From Octopus sinensis (Eukaryota): a DNA stretch of 64,000 nucleotides. The DNA lies in the NCBI RefSeq assembly GCF_006345805.1, contig NC_043001.1, positions 58,528,001-58,592,000 of the forward strand, written 5' to 3'. Each line of letters opens with the position of its first letter. Positions within the stretch are counted from its first letter, which is position 1. The translations under genes and the position numbers were made by a program. This document shows positions 1-13,189 of this stretch, in pieces. The notes below the pieces were generated by a model. The model worked only from the letters and a program-made list of their open reading frames with translations, made no database searches and was not told the DNA's origin.

Positions 1-510
1 CTCTTTCTTTCTCCGTTTCTTTCCTCCTTTTTCTTTCTTTTTCTCTCTTTATTTCTTTATACATCCAAGAGGATTTCTCTTGCATTGATTACTGAGAAAT
101 ATTATATGCATTAACCACACATGTTTATGCTGACCTGTAATGTGCGAGGTAAATTGCTCGTCTTCCGAGTGTAACGAATTAATAAAATTCTACACATTAA
201 CAACAGAAAATGCTCAATTACATAAATTGGGTTTAATTCCTTTATTAGTTAAATAAGCCAAAATAATTATCTGTGCAATAAAAATGCAATTACTATCATG
301 GTGATAAATATAATTCAGCATGGAGATAGGAGTAATGTTATTTAATAAATTAGTGCTTAGCATTAAAATCTATGCAAAATTTGCATAGATTTTCCAATAT
401 TTGCGATTACAGGTATGACTTTCCAGCTGATAGCAATTAAGGAGTAACATTTCGAACAGAAACAACTATCTCTATTGTAATAACATCTTCCCAATAATAT
501 ATATATATGT

Positions 511-511
<1 letters not shown>

Positions 512-559
<48 letters not shown>

Positions 560-590
560 TGTGTGTGTGTGTGTCTGTGTGTGTGTGTAT
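512..590. repeat. (TG)n microsatellite
   Basis: Direct reading of the dinucleotide tract. Confidence 0.95.
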
Positions 591-2204
591 TGTGTCTTCT
601 GCTTGATAACAGTGAACAGATTAATAGTATGAAAATTTCTCTAATTATAAATTACATAGCATTTTGAAGACAAGAAATAGAATAGTTTCTTCGTGGGAAT
701 AAGGAATGAAAAGAAACGAATTGAATAACCGTATGATAATTCTATTCCACATACAATACAATGTTTATTGCTATTCCGAAAATGTTGCTATGGAAGAACA
801 ATAAAGTGAAAGAAAAATCTCATGGTTTATAATTATTAATTATATGCATGTATCTCAACCCAAAGTTCGCCATTATTTCTTATAATTACACATGATAAAA
901 GTTTCACACTTCTTTGAAAATTTCATTCGATTTCTGTTTCGAGTAGACGAATGCTGACAGCGTCTACTGTAGCATTATGAGAAATTCATGTGTTGCCTTT
1001 TGACACAGACAGCAAATCATCATTGAGTATAAATGCTAGTGGGGAGAAACAATCATTTGGCTTATACTACGACAGTCCTTCCATTGTCTTCTATGCATTT
1101 TCTCTTTGTTACCCGTTTTGTTTCTTTCTGAAATTTAGGAAATAACAGAGTAAAAGGAATGGATGAAGAGGAGTGAAAGATCCGAGAATATTTCAGTTGA
1201 AAGTCTAATAATTCATGTCTAAATGTACCAGAAAATAGAAAAGACTTCTTCAAAGTGTAGTATCGTCAGCGAGAATAGCAAATTTTGTAGCATATTCAAA
1301 GAAAGTGGAACCAGACATTGTTCACTTACGCTCTTCTAAATATAATTCCGGAATTATTTTGCCATATCAACCAAATTGTGCATAGACAGGCCATCAACAA
1401 TATAATATTGCGTATTTATGACACCCTTTTAACCGCCGCTCTTATATTTTCTAAATCTAGAATGTTCTGTCAGCTCACTTCCTATGTTAACAAACTATTT
1501 AGTAAATGTATTATGTCACCGTTGATTTGGTGTGTATGCCTACTACAAAGGTTAAATATCATATAATAACAATCTTTCATATTTAAACATTCATACTCCT
1601 TACTCTTCAATATATAAATAGTAGTTTATTATTAGCAGCTGCCATACTAGGTTTAAATCTATATTACTTTATTCAATTTATAGAAATGTTTTCATTATTT
1701 ATAATTTTACCATACAGCATATGACACAATATTTATTGTTTACGTAATTATACTTAGTTAATTGGTAAGATTATTTGGAATTTAAATCAAATGTTATGAA
1801 ATCCTACGGAAAGGAAGTAGACAATTTGATGAAGAATATCTGAAAATCTGTCTTGGCCTCCTCTACGTAAAATTTGCGCTGCCAGATATATTTAAAGGTA
1901 TTAATAAAATTTTGCTGCTTATATAACAAGGTAATAGTCAATAACAAGTGACCTATACATAAAGTCATTATGAATACCTCTACACGACAGTTTTGCATTA
2001 TGTATATACAGTTGTAAATTATGAAACATAACTGTCAACAGTACTATATGAAACTGAAGATTGCATAGTTTAATGCATGAAGGAACTAGTTCAATCAGAA
2101 TGGATATTTAAAATTCTATCATTTTATTATATCATATTATCTTATATTATATTATTATAAGATTGCAAATAAAACGTGAAAATCAAAGTTGGAGTTTCTT
2201 TGCG

Positions 2205-2239
<35 letters not shown>

Positions 2240-2320
2240 CCGTGTAATTTGAAACTATTTCAACGTTGTACTTTCATTGTTTAAATATTAATCCAATAAA
2301 AATAGTAATGATAGCTATAG

Positions 2321-2482
2321 TCATGGCTGTGCGTTTAAGAAGCTGGCTTCTCAGCCATTTAGTTTGGGGTTCAGTCCTACTGAGCATCAACTCGGACAAG
2401 TAATTTCTTCTATAACGTCGGGCTTACTAACGTCTTTTGAGGGAATTTGATTGACAGAAAATGTATTGAAGCCCGTCTTATA
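2321..2482 (+). mobile_element. tRNA-derived SINE family A, degenerate
   Basis: Aligns by eye with copies at 18495, 21581 and 48488 (ggctgtg..taagaagc..ggttcagtcc..gaagcccgt), including a B-box-like GGTTCAGTCC. Confidence 0.65.
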
Positions 2483-3329
2483 TCTGCAAGTAAAGCTCAT
2501 TTTATATTTCGTATATTTTGTATTTAGTAGCATCTAATTTACCATTGCATTTTTTTAGACCTTGTGGTAAATGAGAAAGGGATTTTTCTTATTTTCTTTT
2601 TTGGCAACACTTACGATCATATTATAGCTACCTTATTCAGCATGTTGATATAGTGAAGGATGTGACAGTTGCGTTGGTGTCCTACTAAACTATTCTTACT
2701 AAACAAAACCGCTAAATTGATTGTGAGATATAATATAAATAGAAAACAGAATTTTTAAACAACGTAAATTAAATTGTAATTTGTCACAAGGAGATGGATT
2801 TAGGAAATGTAAAGATTTAGTACCCGCTCCTGTATACATATTCACAGCACATTCGTAATGTGTGGCTTGTCCGGTTGTCTGCTAGTGGAACAAGAAATTC
2901 GAAGCGAATAAATATCTTATATTTGTTAGAAAGATCATCTGAAGATATGACGCTTGATATCATGAGATGTTTTTTGAATTATTAATGTTTTTCTTGCTTA
3001 ATCAAGTGAAAGTAAAAAGTAAGCTGTTTGATTAACTTAAGCTAAATGAACTGATATAGAGGTTTCATGAGATTATGTTGAAGTGACAATTTAGCAATGA
3101 ACTGAGTGTCAGGAATAGCAAAAATATAAGCAAGTCAAGGTATTATCAATGGTATCATACCAAATTCAGTACTCATTGTTACTGTATTAAGATTTGAGAA
3201 GTGCAAATTCAGCTTTTAACTCAAGGTATTCTGCCAGAAGCATACAGACCAGATCTTTAAAGTCCACATTATCTTAATAATGATATTAAAACTTAGCCGA
3301 AGGCCAGAAATTTCAGAGGAGCAGATAAG

Positions 3330-3470
3330 CGGATAACAGCAACTCCAGCACCCAACTGATACTTATTTCATCGACTCTGAAAGGATGAAAGGCAAAATGT
3401 ATCTCGGCTAAATTTGACTCAGACCGTAATGACGGATGAGATGCCACAAAATATTTTGACTCACATGATT
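3330..3470 (-). mobile_element. tRNA-derived SINE family B, degenerate
   Basis: tcgactctgaaaggatgaaaggcaaa..ctcggctaaatttgactcag matches the reverse complement of the intact copy at 12559. Confidence 0.6.
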
Positions 3471-3833
3471 ATGATTCTGCCATCTTACCACATTCTACAA
3501 CATCTATTAACTCCAAAAGTCCAAAGAAAGCATCATATTAGCAGCCTTTATTGCAGGAGAAAAATATAGGAAAGGAGTTTAGCCCCATTCAGTGAAGCGA
3601 ATGGTGTCACTCACTCAGCAGCTCCAAATAGGATATATATGTATATATATATATATATATATATCTATATATATATATATAAAATAAAATATTAAATTAA
3701 TAATTATACGAATTATCTTTTTTTAATAATTTTGATATATATTTAAAATAATATAAATTAATTAATCTTATGTATTGGCTTAAGTTTTTCATTGTATTAT
3801 GATTTGTCTAATAGTGGATTTATCTCTAATTTA

Positions 3834-3881
<48 letters not shown>

Positions 3882-3993
3882 CAATAATATCAAAAGGGTA
3901 AAATTAATTAAATAATTAATAATAAATACTTTTACCAAGTAGTTCGGCATGTTAAAAGAACCATTATCGGTAAACTGAAACAAAATGTTTCGT

Positions 3994-4252
3994 AATTATG
4001 AGTATAATTATAATTAAGGTTCAGCAAAACATTTGCTTCACCACATACCGAAATTTAGAAATAGCAGACAAAACTACCTATTTCTCTACCATAAGAGAAT
4101 CTCCCAGACAACAATATATGGTTGATGATTATTGCTGTCTGGGAGATTCTCTTATGGTAGAGAAATAGGTAGTTTTGTCTGCTATTTCTAAATTTCGGTT
4201 TGTGGTGAAGCAAATGTTTTGCTAAACCCTAATCATAATTATACTCATAATT
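3994..4252. repeat. Long inverted repeat (about 123-bp arms, 13-bp loop)
   Basis: 3994-4116 is the reverse complement of 4130-4252 with a handful of mismatches. Confidence 0.92.
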
Positions 4253-4274
4253 TAAAAAAAAATTGTTTATATAT

Positions 4275-4315
<41 letters not shown>

Positions 4316-5169
4316 CAGCCGAGTGTTCAAACATAAATTCAATATCTACTCGGTTGAGAGTGAACTCATTAAACATACACTGTTCTGAAGAGTTCACTTA
4401 AACGAGAAATGCTTGTCGTCAAAAAAGGCATTGCAGAGATTCACTAAGCATGCCACAAAAATGTAAGGCTTTCTTGGATATTTGAGGACGATAATGAAAT
4501 GAATTGGACTCATCCCAATTTATTAGATACATAATAGATCCAGAATTTACACCTACAAATTTTGTTTTTATATTTCCAACCCGGTGTACACCAACCATAA
4601 CTCGTAAATATAAATATAGATAATTAATCACCATATTCTTCATCTTATTTTTCCTTCTCGCTTTGGTTAATTTCAAATATACACTGAACCGCAAAAGAAA
4701 CGCGATTTTTTCTCATGTTCGTCTTATATGGTTAATTCTGAAAAAATATTTTGGAGAAATGTAAGTGTAAATATTCCAAGACATGCTGGTTTATGGCTGA
4801 TACCTAAATTGCAAGTAACCTTTCAACTTTCCTTGAAAGGAGACGCAAAAACACAGGTGCATTGAATGCCGTTGGTGGCAGTCGCAAACAATTATCATGA
4901 AAACCGAAATGTACGTACCTCTCGTGGAGGATATGGGTATAAAAGCCAACTAGAACCACGTTCCTGGCATTCGTAATTTGTCCTTTTTGGAATTGGCTGA
5001 TTGTTTCTTACACGAAAGTAAGTCTGTTACAAGTATAATTTTGTTGAGAATGGTTATTAACATATTGTTGAATTGTTAAAGACTTTGTTTTTTCTGCTTT
5101 GAGCATAATTTGTTAACGTTTTCCCCCTCGCTGAAGGAGGAAACCATTTTTTTCTGTTTAAAAAGAAAT

Positions 5170-7090
5170 ATGGAATCATTAAGCTCGTCTGAACCAGGGT
5201 CATCTCGAGAGGATCTCACCGACATAGAGCAGAATTTGAACACAGATGTTGAATACGAAAAGCCGACAACGGAGATGGATGAAAAGAACAAAAATGAAAC
5301 GGAAAAATGGGAAAAGCGTTTAATTTTGCGGTTGTCACCAGCGTCAGCAGAGAAGAAATTCAGCTAAAGAAGGAAGACCTAGGAAAATTTCATGGTCTAC
5401 TTCAAAAGGAAGAGCACGAAATAAGTTGATCTCTTCTAGTGAAATTACTCATGCAACAAGCAGGAAAATGGTGATTTTCAAAACGTTTCATATATAACAA
5501 AGAAATTAGGGATGATGTCCAAAAAGGCAGTTGAAAAATGTTTGCAACTCTTAGGACCAGGCATTAAATATCTGGCCAGGGGTAAAAAGTTAGTGACAGT
5601 GGAGGTCTGTTTTCATACGGAAGAAAAAGCGAAGCAACATTCCACAGTGCCTCTTGAAACGTACTTCCAAGGAGAAGGTAGGAGAAATACCTCCAGAGGT
5701 GGATGTTGCTTGGCTTCTAGCAACAGTCATACTAGTCTTGGAAAACAAAATTTCATTCCCCCAAACCACAAGAATCAATCAGCAGAACTGGCAGAGGCAA
5801 GACTTGGAGATGTTGATCCAGGCAGCCCTTGTGTTTCTTGAAGAGTTTCTCGACGCCATACTGGTGGGCGAAGAAATAAAGTTGAAGGTCATGGTGGAGG
5901 ACCGGAGGCCTTGCTATAATAAGTGTGACCAGAAGGGCCACATCAGAATAGAATGCTCTCCACCTCCAGCAAAAGCACCAGAAGTCCCACCAGTAAGCAA
6001 GACAGCCGCAACTCTACCTTCTGCGAAGTCAGAGATTCCGAAGACCATAGAGGAGACAAGTATATCTAAGGAGCCGGAAGAGGAGGCGTTTACCGAAGTT
6101 TCCAGAAAGAAAAATCAGAGAAGGAACTCCCCATCACTGTCACAGCCCCCACTCTACCCCCTACAAACACCAGTCCTAGGCCCAACCATCCCATCATTCA
6201 ATCCAAACTGAGTTAGGAAAAACTTTCTCAAAGAACATGAGTCTGCTCAAGTCAGACTTAGGGTTTGTATTATACCATAAATTCATTAGTACCCCACAGT
6301 CAACGAAACGAGGAGGAGGGTTAGATTTCCACCTTCAATGTAAGATGTCATCCTTGTTATGCCTTAATATAGGGTGTGGAGCTGGACCAATAGCGACGGA
6401 TCTTCAAGGTCGTACTTAGAATTATAGTTAGATGTAAGTACACATACTTCAGCCAGGTGTCAACAAATTCATTATGTTTGCTACAGTGATCACAAATTTG
6501 TGACCTTTAAACTAGACTTAGAGCACGTTGCTACAAGAAACTCAAAAAGTCTCTGTTGGACTCTGAGGAGTAAAATAGTCGGTTTAACAAATAGTTATGA
6601 GGGCTTCAACCGGCACCATTATAACAAATGGTAGTTGACCCTTAAAAGAGCCATCAAGTTTGAGTCGGTTAGGTTTAGCAAAGAGCTAGTACGTGAGAAG
6701 AATAACTTAGAAAGGGATCTAGTGAAGGCACTAGATGAGGCATTGAGGACTGGCAGTATGTCCCAAGTGATGGCTGAAGGTTGGGAATAAACCAACCCTT
6801 AAGGCCAATCGCGTGAGGTTCTTTGTCAGATCTAGGCTCTGTTCTGCACGCTAATGTGCAGTGTCCAACGTTACCGGAGTTGTGGTTTTTTTGTCGAGGA
6901 CCTGCTGTCGTGTTTAGGAAGAATACAGTCGTCTCCTGAGGAGTCGATTATAAAGACTGCTCCTCCGGCCTCCCTGAAAAGGGAGGGGAGGTCAGTTTTC
7001 TTACTATAGTAGCCATTACAAAAGAGGTAGAGTGGAAGTTACACATGAAAGGAAGAGGGACAGGTAACTTCATCTCCAATCGGAGAGGAA
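5170..7090 (+). mobile_element. L1/Tx1-clade LINE remnant: ORF1 with CCHC knuckle plus internally deleted ORF2
   Basis: Frameshifted ORF1 pieces (5110-6211) with CYNKCDQKGHIRIEC; APE C-terminal YSDHKFV motif near 6480; 6950-7090 (ESIIKTAPP..REGRSVF..KEVEW) resembles the ORF2 C-terminus at 41480-41600. Confidence 0.75.
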
Positions 7091-7403
7091 GGTGAAGCTG
7101 GAGAGGAATTGCCTGCCACTGAGTATATACGAGAAAAATGGAAGAAAGTGGCATATATGTTGAGAGTGAATGTGCCTACATAAGAGAAGACAGAAAGTAT
7201 CACGAAATAATCAGTGATGTATCGTGGTCTCTGGGGCCATACTCATTCATCACTACATGTGTTACATTATTCACGTCATATTTTCTAAAAAATCGTCTGT
7301 TAAATCATTCGAAAGCGAATCACCACTGACACATTGTCTGTCACCTCTATGTTAGGCCTTTATGGCCACAATAAAATCAATTCGCAGTTTGGACGCATCA
7401 AGT

Positions 7404-8418
7404 ATGATCCGATCGTTAGCAGCGCAAAGAGAACAAATTATCGGCCAATTGCAAGCATTGCAAAAAGCCTTGTTTGTTGTGGAAGCTTACAATGCCCATG
7501 TCAGCACCATCTATCGCCTGCAACAGCGATACAACACCAACATCTCTGCAAACCGTGCCTGTAGAGGGTGCTACTAGGTTACCACGCGTAGGCAGAACCG
7601 CTTCATCCACCTACTACACCTCTGTGGTTGCTTCAGACTGGCAAGCGTGACAGCTCACGAGACCATTGGCGCTGGACAGTGACCCCTCAGCAACGACACA
7701 GTATGAGATCGACTAGCCGCCAACAATCTGCGTTGCCGTCATCCTGCTCGAGGGTCTGTCCTCATCGCCCTCCACTGTGAGGCACGACTACAGTGGGCTA
7801 CACAGCACCGTCATTGGCGGCATCAACAATGGACGCTGAGTCTTTTCTGACGAGAGCCGATACTGCGTATCCACCTGGCGTAGGAGGAGTGAACGCAACA
7901 GAGACACATGTGTCACAGAGAGGCGTGGCGTGAGTGACCAAATCATCACGGTTTCGGGTGCTATAGACCTGGATTGGAGAATTGGTCCGCGTGTGTTCTA
8001 AAACCGTGGTGCAGGCAGAGGAAATGGCATCGCAGCGCAGCGCTACGTTGACCAGATCCTAAGACCTCACATCATAGCCTTCTTCGCGCGTCACCGTGGA
8101 CTTCTTGCATCAGCACAATATCAGAAACATGCCGTCGCCGGCTTTCAACTCGTATTTGAACGCAATTGAACATGTGATCTGGTAGTGAGAGGGTTCAGAA
8201 ATGGAATCCTGTGTTTATTAGATTTGTGCTTTGGTAGGATAAAATACAGATATCTGAACCAGGTGGTTCTAAGGCCAACAAATCATTTGGAACTGGAAGC
8301 TGTTTTCCTCAGGGCGTGGGCAAAGGTGCCAATTGCTTTTGTGGAACGCCTCATGCAATTCCTGTATCGATGGCGTATGGCCATTTTGAACACCCAGGGA
8401 GGGAATACATGGTATTGA
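7404..8418 (+). mobile_element. Tc1-family transposase pseudogene
   Basis: N-terminus AAQREQIIGQLQA (HTH), W..SLFSDESRY (first catalytic D), QRYVDQILRPHI, C-terminal AILNTQGGNTWY*; several frameshifts and stops; TIRs not identified. Confidence 0.85.
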
Positions 8419-9445
8419 ACATGCCACGCACTACAAAAAGCTCGATGTTCTGGACCCCTTCTCACTACCAGATCACATGACAATAGCACATAGACTGTGG
8501 TGAAAGTGCATCCAAGAAATTTACTTTACGAAAAGTCACTGATCTCGAAAAGTCACTTCTTCGAGATCAGTGACTTTTCGTCACTGGATAAAGGATATAT
8601 GTATTTGCATTAGGACCCCTTCTCATCAAAAACCGGTAATTGTCGTGCGCTGACGACGTGTAAATAGTCATAAACCCGGGTCCGTGCGTATCACGTCAGG
8701 TTGACTATGGAAGGATGGATTCCCTTTGCAAATACAGATAAGGCACAGAAATTGTGTCAATAGCCAGCTGGAGAAGGTGTTCTCCTAGAGCTACAAGCTA
8801 CAGTAGCATCCGCCTTTAGTGGTTAGCCACATTTAGGTGTCAAATATACTTCACATTGTTGTGTAGATACTGTTTATACCTCGTTTAGAGATTTATTATT
8901 GCTTAAAATCAAAATGATAACGATAAAAACACATTTCCTTGTTTTGTTATATGACGTTTTTTGCTTTGTTTCATGACTTATTCTTTTATGGATGTATTTT
9001 GCTTCGTTTAGAAGAGGAGAATTTTTTTTATATTTGTAGGAAACGCAAAGAGGTAGAGGATCGATAAATAGAGAAAGATAGAAAGAGAGGCTTGGTTTCA
9101 TCTTAAGACAAGAGGGGAGGAAGAAATATCACGTTGTTAACATTGGAACAACATTCAGAAATAACAGTAACATATAAATCCTGTGACTTCATCCATCAAA
9201 TTTACTATTAATAAAAAATAATAAAATTACCATGAAGAAGTTCTCTTCATGGACACCAAAACCTTCAACTAGCATACATCGATGTCTCTTTCCAGTCCTT
9301 TTGACAAATTGCCATTCCCCTGCTTCCCTTTCAAACACTTAATTTTGGAGTTAATTTTTTTAATGAATTAAAACTCCATTGTTTTTCGGAACTTTGGGTC
9401 GTCTCTTGAACATCTGTAAAGGGGTAAGATTGTCCTCACCGCATA

Positions 9446-10281
9446 TACGAGGGGCGTTCAATAAGTAATGCCCCTGACCCACTTGCAGTTGTTTGATCTA
9501 GCTGAAATTTAGCATGTGCACTTATTTATATCTCTATAGCTTAAGTGGCGAATTACAGCTCCGAACTAATTGTGGTTTCTGTTTTACAGGTGTTTGAACT
9601 GAGTCAAGTGTGAAATGAAGCCTGTTGAGTGTCGAGCAGTGATCTGGTTTTTGTATTTGAAAGGACGCACACCACGGGAGACTTTTGATGAAATGAAAGT
9701 AACTTATGGTGATGATGCCCCATCATATGACCTTGTAAAACGCTTGCATCGTGAATTCAAACATAGTCGGAACTCTGTGGAAACAGCTCTCAGATCTGGT
9801 CACCCCCTTCTGCCGTTGATGAGACGTCTGTCCGTCAAGTTGAGGCTGCCATTTCGGAAGGTCAACGCATAACTATTCGCCAAATAGCCCATAAGGTCAA
9901 GATTAGTACCGGGTCTGTGGAAACTATCATTCATGACCATTTGCATATGCAAAAGGTGTCTGCCAGATGGATTTCCAGGTTGCTCACACCTTTCCAGAAG
10001 CAAGAACGCGTTGAGTGCTCGAGGATGAATTTGGAGATGTGCCAAGAAGATGAGTCAAAATTTTTCAAAAGACTGATCACACAGGATAAAACCTGTGTCC
10101 ATCACTATGATCCATAGACCAAAGCCCATTCAATGCAGTGAAAGCACCGTGACTCACCTCCTCCAAAGAAGGCAAGGGTGCAGCCCTCCGCTGACAAGGT
10201 TATGCTCACAGTCTTCTGGGACCAGGACGGAGTAGTGATGACAGATTTCCTGGCAAAGGGTACCACAATTACAGGAGCCTA
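9446..10281 (+). mobile_element. mariner transposon, left TIR plus 3'-truncated transposase pseudogene
   Basis: TA + CGAGGGGCGTTCAATAAGTAATG left end; MKPVECRAVIWFLYLKG (9615), KVSARWISRLLT, LITQDKTCVHHYDP, DKVMLTVFWD; breaks off near 10281. Confidence 0.92.
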
Positions 10282-10849
10282 TTTTTATGACGTATTTCTT
10301 ACACTCATTCTTAAAAGTTCTCTCTACCATCCATGAAAGAACAAGCAAAATGCAAAGCAAAAACGTTACATAACAGAACGAAGAAACGCTCTGCTTTTAT
10401 CGTTGTCATTTAGATTTTAAATAGTAAAGAGGCAGTCAGAATTTTGGGTGATTCTTTATTATCAGCGCTTTCGTTCGTTTAAACTCTTCAAGATGAGAAT
10501 TAAAATCTAAATGACAACGATAAAAGCAGAGCGTTTCTTCGTTCTGTTATGTAACGTTTTTGCTTTGCATTTTGCTTGTTCTTTCATGGATGGTAGTAGT
10601 CTCAGCAGTAGTCTCACGAAGCTCCTTTCGGAATTCCTCAGGAGAAATGCGTGAGGTCGGCCATGTCTCAATCCCGCGTGTACTGGCACATCCTTAGCAC
10701 TGCTTCTAAATTAAGCATTATACGTGCAGCTTCCTTTTCTTCCCTTCTTTATTTTGTCTTCTCTTCTTTTTTACGTTGAGATTTTTATCAAAAGTGAACC
10801 TACACGCACCAGATGTAGCTAAATAATATATTGATTACCAACCTCCAGC

Positions 10850-11095
10850 CAGCCTGTTGTTAATTTGGACCCCTAGCCTCTGTATGAGTATAGCTTCCTT
10901 AATTCTTAAATTACCCAGCTTTTGCCTGTTATGCTTTTGTCGGTGTTCCGGGATCTTTGTATATGTTTTCTGAAGGAGGAGGCTCTCGTGTTCAGATGTT
11001 CTTTGATGCGGACGTGTAACGGTCTTGTTGTGCTACCCACATAGAACTTGTTGCATTTGTTATATTGTATTCTATACACAACATTTACCTGTTGG
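10850..11095 (-). pseudogene. GIY-YIG endonuclease of the Penelope-like element
   Basis: Manual translation: QVNVVYRIQYNKCNKFYVGSTTRPLHVRIKEHLN ... LRIKEAILIQ. Confidence 0.85.
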
Positions 11096-11335
11096 CATAA
11101 ATCTGTGTCACGGATGGGACAGTTTGTTAGTGTGCATTAATTGTTGTCCCTTGTTCGTTTCTTTTAGAGTTGTCCTCTCAAAGAGGGGCTGGAGTGGTCT
11201 AGTTGTATGTCTAGCATTTCTTTTCTTATGGCTCTTCAGATGGCTGTAGTTATCCTCTCGCTTAAATGGGGTATTTTAAGGAAGCATGTGTTGCTAGGTT
11301 TTCTGTGTGTCAGGTGTGTAGGTCGTCCTGGGTAC

Positions 11336-12328
11336 TTAAGGCGATTTACAATGGATCAATATATCTAGGACGTGTGTAGTGGGGATCACCTGGGCCTCTG
11401 TTCTGCTGCACTTGCCCTGGATGCCTGCAAGTTCATTTCTGGCGTATCCTATTTTGGCACCGAGTGGAAGTGCTGAATTGTACTGGACAAACATATCTCT
11501 ACTGACTGCTTTCCTGTAGAACTCGGTGTGGATCTCCCCTTCTTTCGTTATATTCAGTTTGAAGTCAAGTAGTGATATTGATCCAGTGATGTGGTGAAGG
11601 TTTATAGTTAACTTAATGTTCATGTCCATGTTATTGAACGCCGTGAATAATCTGTCAGCCTCTTCACGGGAGAAAGTGAGTATGAGGGTGTCATCTGCGT
11701 ACCTGGTGAAGAAGGCGCATGAGCGGCAGATGTTGAGTGCTCGATATTCCAGATAAGTGATGGCTAGTAGGCTCGAGAGACTGGATCCCATGGGGAGACA
11801 TGTTGTCTGTTTGTATGTGTGGTGCTGGAAAGAGAAGTAGGTGTTGTCCACGATAATGGACAAAAGTTGATGTATATCAGCTGCGGTACGTCCAAAGCAT
11901 TGGATGTCGGGCGCTATTATGCAGTCAGTCAATAGGTTGACCACCGAGTGTGCTGGCACAGTTGTGTACATTGAGACAACGTCAAGACAGAAGGCATATT
12001 TGTTTTGCCTGAGCTGGTCTAAGGGCAATTGGTGAACCTTTTTGATGACTTCGTCTAAATTCTTAACGTGTGCAGTAAATGTGGAGAATATGGGTGTCAG
12101 GATATGAGAAAGTAACCAGGATATTTTATATAGAGGTCCTTCCACGGTGGAGACGATGGGCCTGATCTGGATCGTATTGCTATTCTTGAGTGTTTTAATG
12201 AGGTGATAACATCTGGGTAAACTACAGTTCTTTGTGATGAAGTTGCTCTTGGATATATTATGTATTTGTCTCCCTCTACATGCGGTGTTAATTCGATCAT
12301 CAATCCTGGTGGCAGTTATATATGCCAC
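11336..12328 (-). pseudogene. Penelope-type reverse transcriptase
   Basis: IRPIVS, FCLDVVSMYTTVP, LPMGSSLS, TRYADDT, LLDF, FYRK motifs in PLE/telomerase-like RT spacing. Confidence 0.9.
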
Positions 12329-12453
12329 TTCAGAATATAGCCTGTCATTGCTTAAATGTTCCAGTGCCAGTCTATCATATATTTCACAATATATGATAGA
12401 GGACGTGTCCTGTTCATCTGTATCGGTGTAATAGGCTGAGCTGTGTCAGTATT

Positions 12454-12541
12454 TGGCGAGCTAGCAGAAACGTTAGCTAATACCTATGTCTGTCCTTCTT
12501 TGTCCCCTCTGTGTTTATCCCTTTGTGGGTAATAAAGAAAT
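12454..12541 (+). mobile_element. SINE family B, internally deleted (head joined to tail)
   Basis: ggcgagctagcagaaacgttagc followed almost directly by the tail gtctgtcc..gtgggtaataaagaaat. Confidence 0.75.
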
Positions 12542-12558
12542 AGGTATTTGGCACAAAT

Positions 12559-12791
12559 AAGGTGGCGAGCTGGCAGAAACGTTAGCACGCTGGACGAAAT
12601 ACTTAGCGGTATTTCGTCTGCCGTTACGTTCTGAGTTCAAATTCCGCCGAGGTTGACTTTGCCTTTCATCCTTTCGGGGTCGATAAATTAAGTACCAGTT
12701 GCGCACTGGAGTCGATATAATCGACTTAATCCGTTTGTCTGTCCTTGTTTGTCCCTTCTGTGTTTAGCCCCTTGTGGGTAGTAAAGAAATA
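12559..12791 (+). mobile_element. tRNA-derived SINE family B, full length
   Basis: A-box-like TGGCAGAAACGTTAG, B-box GAGTTCAAATTCC; highly similar to 46369-46601 and to the reverse-strand units at 58611-59193. Confidence 0.9.
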
Positions 12792-12816
12792 GGCATTTGG
12801 CACAAATTCTCTCTCC

Positions 12817-13189
<373 letters not shown>

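Larger units (their letters stand above)
10324..12430 (-). mobile_element. Penelope-like element (RT + GIY-YIG), 5'-truncated, with inverted terminal segment
   Basis: RT ORF 12328-11336, a GIY-YIG motif downstream, and a perfect 97-bp inverted repeat at 10324-10420/10500-10596. Confidence 0.9.

Noticed and set aside
365-393. Perfect 29-bp hairpin (14-bp arms)
   Set aside because: Isolated and AT-rich with no associated element or TSD; most likely a local template-switch event of little significance.
4380-4420. CTGAAGA-GTT..AAC hammerhead-like motif
   Set aside because: GAAA is disrupted and there is no convincing stem I or stem III.
10605-10650. CTGAGGA (minus strand) or CTCACGA (plus strand) next to a TCC-TTTC-GGA hairpin
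   Set aside because: No GAAA follows stem II on either strand.
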